Virus record (IMG/VR): IMGVR_UViG_3300012984_000014
Coordinates: 32,001-96,000 of that record
Strand: one strand, 5' to 3'
DNA from: a virus
Length of the DNA: 64,000 bases
The notes beneath the pieces are model-generated. The model saw only the letters and a list, made by a program, of their open reading frames with translations, did not search any database and was not told the DNA's origin. Both the position numbers and the translations under genes were made by a program. Shown here piece after piece: positions 1-9,356 of this stretch (positions are counted from its first letter, which is position 1; every line of letters begins with the position of its first letter).

Positions 1-2127
1 GGGTATTCGACCGTTGCCACGGGTGGGATTGGGAACGCCGCTGATTCTACATACACCGCGGCGGCGACTATTGCCGACATACTTATTGGAATAAACACGA
101 TGGCTCGCCGTCGCCAATCATTCCAGACCAAGAATGATACGAACGGCACGAGTCAGCCGGCCGACGACGCGGCGAGCGTTGATCTGGCAAATCAGATCGC
201 GACATCCAGACCGCAATGGCTTCGCGCGCTCGCCAATTCGGGGACAACGCCTTACACAATCTCCAGCGACGTCCCTGCTGGCCCTGGACAGGGCAGCTAT
301 TTCATGGGCGAGTTCAACGACCCGACCCAAGCAAATTCGCATCTTCGGAAGACGGCGATCAAAATAACAGGTTCCAACCGTGCCATCAGCCTTGGAAAGT
401 GGCAACGAGTATGGATCGACGCAGCAGCCGGATTCGCGGCTAGGTTTGGAGGGACAGGAAACATCCAAGCAGGCATCTTGGAAGACTTTGGCGCAAATGG
501 CGGCGCGATATGGATGGAGCCTACCATTTCTCCAACAGCGGTCGATGCGCCAACAAATTGGAGGAACGGTGTAATAAAGCCCAAGGCGAGCGAATCGAAG
601 TGGGGCGGATCCTCGATCGTTTATGGCAACACCAACAGCGGTTGGGTTTGGCACGTCATGGAAAAGTTGCTGGTGTACGGCAACGACACGACGCAATCGG
701 GAGGAGCTCGAAACGGAGCGATCCAATTCAGTTTCCGTATGGACGCGCCACTCGCCGCAGCATCTGTTTCCCTTCAAGGTAGACCTTTGGTTTACCGCGA
801 TTGCGTCTTTGTTTGCCAAGACACTGGAAGCCAAGGGCTAATTCTGGTCGAAGGCACACAACAAGTAACATTTGATAATTGCAAATTCTTTGACATTGCC
901 GGTCGAACTATCGACAACCCGTTGTTCTTCGTCAACGCTAGCGGCGCGCAAGTACGCCTGAAAAATTGCACGTTCTTCTCGCCGGAAGGACGTTGCCTGG
1001 CAACAAATCAGTCTTCCGGAATTCACATTGACGATTGCACATTTGTCGCTGGAATCGGCGGCTCTTCAACATTGACGGCGCCGCAAGTGCTGGCGATCAA
1101 CGGCGGAGATACTCCGCAACCGTCGACCATCCGTGACTCGCGAATATACCTCGGGACGGCAGTTTTCCGGGCAAATGCGACGGCTACAACCACGCCTCTA
1201 GTTGCCTTCTATGGGACCACGGTGACGGTGCAGAATCTCAGTGTAAAGGTAGATTCTTCGGCCACTGATCTGGGATGGGCAAAGATTCTGGACGTGTTGG
1301 TTAATTCCCAAACTGGGCAAGGATCCTTGGGAGTATTCGAGAACATCACGCTGGATTGCAACTCTGTAAAGGCGAACGCAACGAGCAGCAACAACGTCGT
1401 TTCATTGAGCGCCTCCGCCACTCCCGACTCCAGCAGGCTCGAAGTGAATCACTTGCTGATTCGAAACACACAGATCAACGTATCTGCTGGGAATTCCAAT
1501 GCTTGGGTGTCCGTCGGAAACGGCGTTGTCGGAACAGACTGGCTAGTCGTTGCGTCCACGACACTTCCGACGAACAAGATCGGGTCTCTGATCAAGATCT
1601 CAGGGAACGCCAATACTCTCAGAGACATCAAGATCGGGCGCGCCCGATACGCGATGTCCAACAACAACGGCGCGATCCTAGTAATCGGCGACAATAACAA
1701 GATTTCAGGCATTTCAGGCGACGAAACATTCAACGCTACGGCAGGAAGCGGAGGGGCAACTCAGTACCTCCTGTCCATCGTAGGTAATCACAATGCTCTG
1801 CTTGAGGTCGACGTGACGATGGGAGCTGATTCTAACGCAATCGCCAACTTCGTTGGCAGAGACAATTCGCTCTGCCTGTCAACGTTGTTGGCCACCGCGG
1901 CATCCGGGCTCGTTCCGGTCAGCTTTTCTTCCGGCCGTCGTTGCAGATTCGTCAACAACACGTTGCATTGGAACGGGACGACAAATGTTGGCGTAAACAT
2001 GACTACTCTCGACTCAATCATCGACGACGTTACCATTTATCGTTCGGCCGGTGCGTCCGCGGGTTGGAGCAATGCCGCTTCAGGCAGCGTCACTGGCACT
2101 TGCGCAATTTTGTCGACTACCCTCTGA
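1..2127 (+). CDS. Tailspike/tail-fibre-like protein with right-handed beta-helix repeats (5'-truncated)
   Basis: Frame 1 is open from base 1 (GYSTVATGG...) so the gene starts outside the window; repeats VTFDNCKF, VRLKNCTF, IHIDDCTF, STIRDSRI; G/N/S/T-rich; lower GC than core genes. Confidence 0.65.
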   Translation, partial: GYSTVATGGIGNAADSTYTAAATIADILIGINTMARRRQSFQTKNDTNGTSQPADDAASVDLANQIATSRPQWLRALANSGTTPYTISSDVPAGPGQGSYFMGEFNDPTQANSHLRKTAIKITGSNRAISLGKWQRVWIDAAAGFAARFGGTGNIQAGILEDFGANGGAIWMEPTISPTAVDAPTNWRNGVIKPKASESKWGGSSIVYGNTNSGWVWHVMEKLLVYGNDTTQSGGARNGAIQFSFRMDAPLAAASVSLQGRPLVYRDCVFVCQDTGSQGLILVEGTQQVTFDNCKFFDIAGRTIDNPLFFVNASGAQVRLKNCTFFSPEGRCLATNQSSGIHIDDCTFVAGIGGSSTLTAPQVLAINGGDTPQPSTIRDSRIYLGTAVFRANATATTTPLVAFYGTTVTVQNLSVKVDSSATDLGWAKILDVLVNSQTGQGSLGVFENITLDCNSVKANATSSNNVVSLSASATPDSSRLEVNHLLIRNTQINVSAGNSNAWVSVGNGVVGTDWLVVASTTLPTNKIGSLIKISGNANTLRDIKIGRARYAMSNNNGAILVIGDNNKISGISGDETFNATAGSGGATQYLLSIVGNHNALLEVDVTMGADSNAIANFVGRDNSLCLSTLLATAASGLVPVSFSSGRRCRFVNNTLHWNGTTNVGVNMTTLDSIIDDVTIYRSAGASAGWSNAASGSVTGTCAILSTTL

Positions 2128-2132
2128 AAGGT

Positions 2133-2519
2133 ATGATTTTGAACATGGAAAAACTAGTAGCACTCATCGGCATTGGAGTAGGTGCAAGCATCTGCTTTCT
2201 GATCGCTAGTCTATCGGCGTGCAGCCTCTTCAAGACCAACGAACCGCTATATCCATCTGTGGTGAAGTGCCTCCCGCCGACGCAAGAAGCGGAAGACGTC
2301 GTGAAGGGCATCCTGCTTTCGGGGCTCGATGGCTACAAGCAAGCCTTGGACGACGCGGCGCTGAAGTACGGCCCAGGCGTCGTGCTGTGTATCGTCAACA
2401 GCCTCGTGTCCGAATGGGGCAACCCAGGATCGCCTGCACGCGAGAGCAAACGAGCGCAGGCTGCCAAGCTACGTGGCAGCGAGTTCCTGGCAGAGCACCC
2501 CGCGAAGGTCGAACATTGA
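2133..2519 (+). CDS. Putative lipoprotein
   Basis: ATG 2133 (or 2145); hydrophobic N-terminus ending in lipobox-like LSAC. Confidence 0.6.
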   Translation: MILNMEKLVALIGIGVGASICFLIASLSACSLFKTNEPLYPSVVKCLPPTQEAEDVVKGILLSGLDGYKQALDDAALKYGPGVVLCIVNSLVSEWGNPGSPARESKRAQAAKLRGSEFLAEHPAKVEH

Positions 2520-2833
2520 TCAGGACGCTCGCTGTTCTGGTTCTGTCAGCGGCGACGATGTGCACCCCGGCTTCCACGAAGTCGGGGACGCCTCCGCCTC
2601 CTGACGTCTTCGTTCCGCCCGTCACAACCTCGGACGCAGGCCGCGCCGACGCCGGCCCGCCCGGGCTCTGCCCCGACGCGCGTCAGCATCTCGTCGAGAT
2701 GGGATGCCCGCCCGCGGAGAGCTACTTTGGTGAGTGGGAGACGACTTGCGCGGGGAAGTCGGACGGCCAAGAGATCGCCAAATGCATCTTGGCGAAGAAT
2801 GTTTGCAACGAAGCTCACGCTTGCGAGGAATGA
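2516..2833 (+). CDS. Secreted Cys-rich small protein (possible lipoprotein)
   Basis: TTG overlapping upstream stop; signal-like RTLAVLVLSAATMC, Pro-rich linker, DAGRADAG, C-terminal cysteines. Confidence 0.55.
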   Translation: MIRTLAVLVLSAATMCTPASTKSGTPPPPDVFVPPVTTSDAGRADAGPPGLCPDARQHLVEMGCPPAESYFGEWETTCAGKSDGQEIAKCILAKNVCNEAHACEE

Positions 2834-3549
2834 AAATGGTCACCATCGTTGTCAAGAACCAGTCTACAGTCGTCACTGACGCTCAAGTCCGCGCCATCCT
2901 CCCGGCGCTGCAGGAGCAACTCGATCAACACCTCTGCCCTTCTTGGGACGTTGGGCCGTTCCACCTTCAATTCCGGGCGAAGGGCGATCTGATCAAGAAG
3001 GGCGAACGCCAGTTCATCTTCATGGATCACACCGGAGACGCGAGCGCGCTGGGCTATCATGACATCACCGTCAACGGCGATGCCATCAGCTACATCGGCG
3101 TCAAGGAGACGATGGACGACGGCGGCGAGTGGACCGTTACGGCTTCGCACGAGTTGTGCGAGATGTGCGTGAACGACCATTTGGACGACACGGAATATGA
3201 CGAACACGGCAACCGTATGTACATCAAGGAAGTCTGCGACGCCGTGGAGGCGGACAGCCTTGGATACAGGATTCACGGCGTTCTCGTTTCTGACTTCGTG
3301 CTTCCCGGCTGGTTCCAGCCCGAGGTCAAGCACACCGCCAAGCTGAGCTTCTGCGGCCACGTCTCGAAGCCGTACGAGCTGGCCGCGGGTGGCTACATCA
3401 GCTACATCGACCTGGCGCGCCCCGCGAAGGGCTGGCAGCAGATCTTCGCCAAGGAGAACGACCCCGTGAAACGCGCGGGTACGGCGCGCGGCAAGATGCG
3501 GGAGCGTGTCGCGCTGCATCACACGAAACGCAAGTCAGTATCTCACTGA
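2830..3549 (+). CDS. Putative zinc metallopeptidase-like protein
   Basis: ATGA overlap at 2830; motifs ALGYHD and TASHELCEM (HExxE). Confidence 0.55.
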   Translation: MKMVTIVVKNQSTVVTDAQVRAILPALQEQLDQHLCPSWDVGPFHLQFRAKGDLIKKGERQFIFMDHTGDASALGYHDITVNGDAISYIGVKETMDDGGEWTVTASHELCEMCVNDHLDDTEYDEHGNRMYIKEVCDAVEADSLGYRIHGVLVSDFVLPGWFQPEVKHTAKLSFCGHVSKPYELAAGGYISYIDLARPAKGWQQIFAKENDPVKRAGTARGKMRERVALHHTKRKSVSH

Positions 3550-3572
3550 TTCAGCGCGTAAAGCCCTGGCGC

Positions 3573-3581
3573 TGGTAGAAT
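3573..3581 (+). promoter_or_regulatory. Extended -10 promoter (TGnTAGAAT), probably leaderless helicase mRNA
   Basis: TGGTAGAAT ends 7 nt before GTG 3589; no SD. Confidence 0.4.
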
Positions 3582-3588
3582 AGCGCTC

Positions 3589-5109
3589 GTGCTGCAACTT
3601 ACGCTGACCAACCGCAAACTGTACGTGGCCGGGGCCGACTCGGCCACGATTCGCGCGTTGGAAGAAGCGACAAGTTACACGGTGGCTGGTCACTACTTCT
3701 CGCCTGCGTTCAAGAACAAGCGCTGGGACGGGAAGGAGCACCTGCTCACACTTTCGCGTCACGCCGGCTACTACGTTCCGGCCGGACTGTATTGCGACGT
3801 CATCGCTGTGTTGCTTGGGCGCGGCGTCAAGTACAAGCTCGTGGACGAGACAGAGGTGCGCCACATTCCAACTCCGCTGGAGTGGAATGAGGCCATAGTT
3901 CTCCGAGAATACCAAGAGCGCGCGGTCAAGACGATTTTGAACGCTCGCTTCCACCCCGGAGTCGGGCTCCTGAAGATGCCGATCCGCTCGGGGAAGACGA
4001 AGACAGCGGCGCGCCTAATTGCCACCGTAGGGCTCCCGACTCTGTTCCTGGTGCCGAGCCAGATGCTGCTGCGTCAGACGTTCGAGGCGCTCACCGAGGC
4101 ACTGCCGTCAACGCACATCGGCATGATTGGTGACGGCGAGAACGAAGTTGGCTTCATCACCATCGCCACACTCCAATCGCTCGACCGCCTCCGGAACGGT
4201 GTTGTGCCGCGCCGGAAGCCGCGGAGGGGCGAGACCAAGGAGGAGGCCAAAGAGGCGGAGGCGGAGCGCCGCGCGAAGTCGAAGGTGATGAAGCGCCGCT
4301 ACAAGGAGCTGTGCGAGGCGTTCGACCTCGTGATCTGTGACGAGGCCCACCACATCCGTGGCCAGGGCGACTGGTACAAGATCATGTACGAGATGGACGC
4401 GCGGTACAAGGTCGGCCTTTCGGCGACGGCCTACCCGGAGAATCAGGACGAGGCGGAGCGCGGGATCATCTGGATGAAAGCGACGTGCGGTCCAATACGC
4501 ATTGACATCCCAACGTCGGAGCTGGTGGAAGCCGGCTTCCTGATGCGCCAGAACGTCTACATGGTCCGGATCACGAAGCCGAACCTGATGGGCCAGAGGT
4601 GGAGCAATACGCTCCGAGAACGCGCGATCACTCAGAACACGAAGCGAAACAAGGTCATCGCGCGTCTGGCCAAGAAGTTCATCGGCGAGGGTTTGAAGGT
4701 ATTGATTGTGGCCAATCGGTTCGATCACATCGCGTGTCTGGAGGAGGCGCTGGATGCGGATGGCGTCGACTACCGGATCGTCACCGGTCGTGACAATGCC
4801 GATTCGCGCCAGGAGAAGGTCGAGGGCTTCGTCAAGGGCGAGTACGGTGCGCTCATCGGGACGGTCTTGGGCGAGGGGGTAGACATCCCATCGGTCGATG
4901 TCGTGATCAATGCCGAGGGCGGGAAGGACGACAAGGCAACCGTCCAGCGCCAGAGGAATCTCACCATCAGCGCTGGGAAGACCAGAGCGATTCTTGTGGA
5001 CTTCTTGGATGAAACGAACGAGTATTTCAAGAAGCATTCGCATGCTCGCCTCGAAGCCTACCGTGCTGAGTCGTCCTTCAAGGTACGGATCGCCGGCTCG
5101 GAGCGCTGA
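3589..5109 (+). CDS. Superfamily 2 (DEAD/DEAH-box) helicase, UvsW/XPB-like
   Basis: LREYQ Q-motif, PIRSGKT Walker A, ICDEAHH, GLSATA, GEGVDIP. Confidence 0.9.
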   Translation: MLQLTLTNRKLYVAGADSATIRALEEATSYTVAGHYFSPAFKNKRWDGKEHLLTLSRHAGYYVPAGLYCDVIAVLLGRGVKYKLVDETEVRHIPTPLEWNEAIVLREYQERAVKTILNARFHPGVGLLKMPIRSGKTKTAARLIATVGLPTLFLVPSQMLLRQTFEALTEALPSTHIGMIGDGENEVGFITIATLQSLDRLRNGVVPRRKPRRGETKEEAKEAEAERRAKSKVMKRRYKELCEAFDLVICDEAHHIRGQGDWYKIMYEMDARYKVGLSATAYPENQDEAERGIIWMKATCGPIRIDIPTSELVEAGFLMRQNVYMVRITKPNLMGQRWSNTLRERAITQNTKRNKVIARLAKKFIGEGLKVLIVANRFDHIACLEEALDADGVDYRIVTGRDNADSRQEKVEGFVKGEYGALIGTVLGEGVDIPSVDVVINAEGGKDDKATVQRQRNLTISAGKTRAILVDFLDETNEYFKKHSHARLEAYRAESSFKVRIAGSER

Positions 5110-5199
5110 GCGGCCCACGGGCCTAATTTGAGGTGTGCGGGGGACGAGGTAGGGAAAGCGGGGCGGGAATCCCCTTTGGATGATTATCGGGTCGGCCGT

Positions 5200-5425
5200 T
5201 AGGCCTGAAGCGGAAAACCGCTTAGTATGTGGATGCAGAGACGAAAAGTCCCGAGGCGAAAATGCCCGACCGCGGCGAAAAGTCTCGCCGAGCGCGCGGA
5301 TAAGCGCTAGGTTTCGTCGTTTCGAAACCCGACCGCCTCGCAACCGACGAGGCCCAAGCAGCCCGCCGTCCCCAAAGGATCGCGGGCTGTCCTTTTTACA
5401 GAGGCATGGAAGCGGAAAACCGCCT
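5200..5425 (+). ncRNA. Candidate structured RNA/DNA element (at least 8 short hairpins)
   Basis: Stems AAGCGG/CCGCTT, GAC/GTC, GGC/GCC, CGGCGA/TCGCCG, AGCGC/GCGCT, GGTTTCG/CGAAACC, CCTCG/CGAGG, CAGCCCG/CGGGCTG; 15-bp direct repeat at 5207 and 5409. Confidence 0.3.
5359..5397 (+). terminator. Possible intrinsic terminator
   Basis: CAGCCCG...CGGGCTG stem followed by TCCTTTTT. Confidence 0.4.
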
Positions 5426-5445
5426 GGGAAAGATGGAGAGACACG

Positions 5446-5796
5446 ATGAACCTCGGCATGGGCAAACGACGATTCACCAAAAGCAAGGCGCACCCCGACG
5501 AGTTCCCTGGTCATGGGAACGTGGACCTGAACACCGCCTTCGAGGAGCTGAGCGCCTCCGCCTTCGCACTCTGGCTGCGCATCTCCGGCGAGCGTGAGGC
5601 GTTGGTAGAAGGACGGCGCGCCCTCGCCAAGCTCACCGGCTACAGCCAGCGCCGGATCGGCGAGCTTTTGCAGGAGCTAGAGCGCAAGGGTTATGTCGGT
5701 TTCGTCCCGGAGACTGGTCCAAGGCCCGATGGGATCGTGATCCACCGCCGCTGTGTCATCAGCCACCGCGCGGGCGTCGTCCGTCTCAGCGCTTAG
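5446..5796 (+). CDS. Winged-helix/HTH DNA-binding protein
   Basis: LSASAFALW...RRALAKLTGYSQRRIGELLQELERKGYV; GGAG upstream. Confidence 0.75.
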   Translation: MNLGMGKRRFTKSKAHPDEFPGHGNVDLNTAFEELSASAFALWLRISGEREALVEGRRALAKLTGYSQRRIGELLQELERKGYVGFVPETGPRPDGIVIHRRCVISHRAGVVRLSA

Positions 5797-5902
5797 AGCA
5801 TGACCAACCCTACTTTCCTTTGCATCGAATACTGATCAAAATCAGCATTCCAACGCACTTACCCAACCCAATTACCTTCTAACGATAGGAAGTCCAACAA
5901 AT

Positions 5903-7030
5903 ATGGCATCATCATCCGCCGCTAAGCAACCAACTTTCTACATCAACCCCGACTTCCGACGGAAGTTCATAGATGAGGAAAACTACATAGGCGGATGGGA
6001 GGAGTGCCAGGACGACAAGCCCAATAATCGTTGGAAGAAGGGGGAAGGGGAGGGGAACCTTATAGGAGGGGAGGGGAAGGGGGATGGCTCTCCAAGTAGG
6101 GGATCTATGATTAGGGAATCGTCCGAGCGAAGCGAGGACCAGGATGCCGAGCCGTCAAGAATTCGACTCGCCAAACCGGACAATTCCACTCAGGATGCTG
6201 CGCATCCTGCGCCGACGCGGCGGGTTGATATGTCGGCTATGCGAGCCGGGCGAGAGCAGATCAAAAAGCGAACTGCCAAAACGAACGCTGAGCATCGCAA
6301 ATTCGCCAAGGATCGTGTAGCAAAGAAGCCGATTGATTGGAGTCGGTTGGATCAAGTCGGGCGCCCGGTGGTCAGCTTCGACCCATTCCACGAAGACAGA
6401 CCGCGCGCCTTGCGAATCCTGGGAAGGGACGCCAGAGACCGTACACGCCAAGAGATCGTTCGCAAGTACGGCGTGGAATTCAGCCGTATTTATGTCAGGT
6501 ATCGTCGCGACGCCGAACGCAGGAAGACAGGAATCACGGCCCCGGACTACATGGTGCGCCACGAACGCGAGCAGAAAGCTTGCGAAGAAGCCGCGATCCA
6601 GTGTGTTCTCCGGGGAGTTACGCCACGCCAAGTCCTCGAATACTGGGACGCCAACATCAAGAACTACACAAACAATAATTTGACCATTCCCCCTTTGAAC
6701 TTTTTGAAGAGCGCGTCCGCGATTGATCGTGTGGCCTGCAGCGCGCTCGGGACCGTTGGGCGCATCGAGCGGACCAAGGCGGCTCCGGAAACCGTCAAGA
6801 TTAAGCCTGAAAACAGGAACACATTCAGCGGCGTTGGCGGCTTGGACATTAGACTCCGGCCGACCCTCGAAGCCGCCGGATTTGCGACCCAAGCCTACAA
6901 TGATCGTTACCTTCTGTCCATACAACACAATGCCTTGGCTGTTGCCGCGGGGAAATCCATATTTATGGCTGAAGGCCGCGTGCGAAACATGGTCAAGCAC
7001 GCCGCGAAATCGCTTTATAGTGGTAATTAA
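5903..7030 (+). CDS. Putative replication initiator/replisome organiser
   Basis: Directly upstream of loader and helicase; GEGEG-type linker; AGGAAG SD; function inferred from position. Confidence 0.5.
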   Translation: MASSSAAKQPTFYINPDFRRKFIDEENYIGGWEECQDDKPNNRWKKGEGEGNLIGGEGKGDGSPSRGSMIRESSERSEDQDAEPSRIRLAKPDNSTQDAAHPAPTRRVDMSAMRAGREQIKKRTAKTNAEHRKFAKDRVAKKPIDWSRLDQVGRPVVSFDPFHEDRPRALRILGRDARDRTRQEIVRKYGVEFSRIYVRYRRDAERRKTGITAPDYMVRHEREQKACEEAAIQCVLRGVTPRQVLEYWDANIKNYTNNNLTIPPLNFLKSASAIDRVACSALGTVGRIERTKAAPETVKIKPENRNTFSGVGGLDIRLRPTLEAAGFATQAYNDRYLLSIQHNALAVAAGKSIFMAEGRVRNMVKHAAKSLYSGN

Positions 7031-7051
7031 GCCAATCCACTTCAAGTTACC

Positions 7052-7726
7052 ATGAGAACATTGGACGAATTGGAGCGATTCCAGCTCCAGATCAGCACGG
7101 AGCCAAAGGCACAAGAGCTGTTGGACTACTACAGCTCGTGCTACGAGGCTTGCATACCCAAGCTTTTCTGGGACGTCCAACGAACGGACGTGAGCCACAA
7201 CAAGGGCGCGTTCGACAAAGTCGTGGCGAAGTATTGCGCGAAGCGCAAGAAGGCGATGCGTCACGGGTACGGGTTGTTGTTCACCGGCGACAACGGTGTT
7301 GGCAAAACGATGTTCATCAGCTACATACTGACGCAAATGATCAAGCGCGGATGCAGCGTCTACTACACAACGCTTCCGCAGTTGGACATCGACATCAAGC
7401 GTGGGTTCAACGACCGCGAGATGGACAAACGCCTCACGCAGTACCTCGGAAGCGACTTCATTGCCGTGGATGAGCTTGGCAAGGAGCACTACAAGTCCGA
7501 GAGTTACCTGAACACGCGCTTCGAGCTTCTGCTCAAGACGCGGCACGACGACGGCGACCCGACGTTGCTGGCTTCAAATGTGGATTACGCGGCGCTTTGT
7601 GGAATCTATGGCGCTTCAATCCAATCCATGTGGGACGGACGCTATGTGGCTGTCGCCATGGAATCTGGCGACTTTCGCAAGACTCTCCAAGCGCGAGCCA
7701 AAAAAGACTTGGGGATCAAGATCTGA
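7052..7726 (+). CDS. DnaC/IstB-like AAA+ helicase loader
   Basis: GLLFTGDNGVGKT Walker A, IAVDELGKE Walker B, TLLASN. Confidence 0.85.
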   Translation: MRTLDELERFQLQISTEPKAQELLDYYSSCYEACIPKLFWDVQRTDVSHNKGAFDKVVAKYCAKRKKAMRHGYGLLFTGDNGVGKTMFISYILTQMIKRGCSVYYTTLPQLDIDIKRGFNDREMDKRLTQYLGSDFIAVDELGKEHYKSESYLNTRFELLLKTRHDDGDPTLLASNVDYAALCGIYGASIQSMWDGRYVAVAMESGDFRKTLQARAKKDLGIKI

Positions 7727-9129
7727 TGTTCGACGTCGAATTTGAACACGACATCGTTTGCTGCTCGCTCAAGGATGACCAGTTCATCAAGCGCGCGATC
7801 CGAATCTGCGACGTCCACCACTTCGGTTCCAAGGAGCTCTCTTGGATTTGGAAGGTGATCAGCGAAACCTGGAACGCCTTCAATGAGCGCCCGACGCCTC
7901 GGCTCATCACTGCCCGCGCCAAGGATGACTTTCCGGACGATGAGAAACGCAAGCCGTATCTCCAGCTGGCCCTCAAGCTGTTCAAGTCCAAGCCGACCGC
8001 TCCGAAGTCCGCCCTGGAAGAGTTGGGCAAGTTCGTTCGCCAAGTCAATCTTCAGCTCGCGCTCGAAGAGTCCGCCAAGCACCTGGAAAAGGGCAAGTTG
8101 GACGAGGCCGAGGCCGCACTGTACAAGTCCTCACGCATCGTCGTGGAGCGCAACTACACCCACATCGATTGGTGGAAGGACTTCGAGACGCGCCAGGCGG
8201 CCCGCAAGCACGAGCGCGAGCACCCCGAGGAGCACACGGTCATCCCCACCGGCTTGAAGACGCTCGACCGCGCGTTGGGTGGCGGATCTCGCAAGGGCGA
8301 GGTCGGGCTGATCATGGGAACGACTGGACGCGGCAAGTCGGTCCTGCTCTCCGGGATGTGCCACGCATCGATCGCGCGCGGGTTCAACGCCGTGTACTTC
8401 GCGTTGGAAATGCCCGCCAATCAGGTCGCCACGCGCGCGGACGCTCGTTGGTCCGGCATGAAGTACGACCAGTTCAAGAGCTTCGACTTCAAGCCAACCG
8501 AATTGCGAGAGCTCGAAGCGCGGCGGAAGCGCGGCGAGAAGCGACTGGCTGGAAAGTATCACATCCTGTCGATGCCAGTGAAGTCGGCTGACATCCGAAC
8601 GGTCAAGGCCGCACTCTCGGACCTTCGAGAGGAATTCGGGTTTGTGCCGTCGCTGGTAGCGGTGGACTCCGGCGACCACATGAAGAGCGTTGACCGGACG
8701 CTCGATCAGTACCGCCTCCAGCAGGCGGAGGTGTACTGGAGCCTCAAGCAGCTCGCAGAAGAAGAAGGCTATGTGCTTTGGTCGACGGTCCACGCCGGTC
8801 GTGAATGGGCAACGCAGATCGCGACCTCGGAGGCCACATCTGAGAGCTACGACAAGGCCCGCATTGCCGACCTGATCCTGTCCATCAACGACCCCAACGC
8901 CAAGCCGGGACGCCGTAAAAAGGCGATCGTTGCTGCGGACGACGACGACGAGGACGAGCCCGAGGAGGTCAAGACGGCTGACGCGGCCGAATCAGCGGCG
9001 CGGAAGCTTGAGCTGTATCTGGCCAAGTACCGTGATGGCGTGTCCAAGCTCAAAATCGAGTTGGACGCAGACTTCTCCAGGATGTTGTTGAAAGAGGTCT
9101 CCGAGACCACCGATGAGGCCGCAGAATGA
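7726..9129 (+). CDS. dnaB: Replicative DNA helicase
   Basis: ATG overlapping upstream TGA; IPTGLKTLDRALGGG, GTTGRGKS, YFALEM, VAVDSGD. Confidence 0.88.
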   Translation: MFDVEFEHDIVCCSLKDDQFIKRAIRICDVHHFGSKELSWIWKVISETWNAFNERPTPRLITARAKDDFPDDEKRKPYLQLALKLFKSKPTAPKSALEELGKFVRQVNLQLALEESAKHLEKGKLDEAEAALYKSSRIVVERNYTHIDWWKDFETRQAARKHEREHPEEHTVIPTGLKTLDRALGGGSRKGEVGLIMGTTGRGKSVLLSGMCHASIARGFNAVYFALEMPANQVATRADARWSGMKYDQFKSFDFKPTELRELEARRKRGEKRLAGKYHILSMPVKSADIRTVKAALSDLREEFGFVPSLVAVDSGDHMKSVDRTLDQYRLQQAEVYWSLKQLAEEEGYVLWSTVHAGREWATQIATSEATSESYDKARIADLILSINDPNAKPGRRKKAIVAADDDDEDEPEEVKTADAAESAARKLELYLAKYRDGVSKLKIELDADFSRMLLKEVSETTDEAAE

Positions 9130-9356
9130 AGCATGAATGGGTGCAAGATTCAAGGGTTCCGGAGCCGACTACAAAGCATGAAGGCTGGAAGCCTGCAGAG
9201 AAGTGCGCAAAATGTGGCGTTTCTCGCTCGTACGTGGCTTGTTTCTTTCCGAATAATCCAGACGAAGGATGCGAAGGCAATTCGTTTGGTTGCAACCCGT
9301 TCGTAATAATGTTGATTTTGTTGTCGATAGGCGCATTGATAAAGGTGTTCAAGTGA
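9126..9356 (+). CDS. Small Cys-containing protein with C-terminal hydrophobic segment
   Basis: Coupled by 4-bp overlaps on both sides. Confidence 0.5.
   Translation: MKHEWVQDSRVPEPTTKHEGWKPAEKCAKCGVSRSYVACFFPNNPDEGCEGNSFGCNPFVIMLILLSIGALIKVFK

Noticed and set aside
5796-5903. Frameshift/readthrough fusing the HTH and initiator ORFs
   Set aside because: TAG at 5794 in frame 1 and TGA at 5801 in frame 2 block a simple fusion; the second ORF has its own SD
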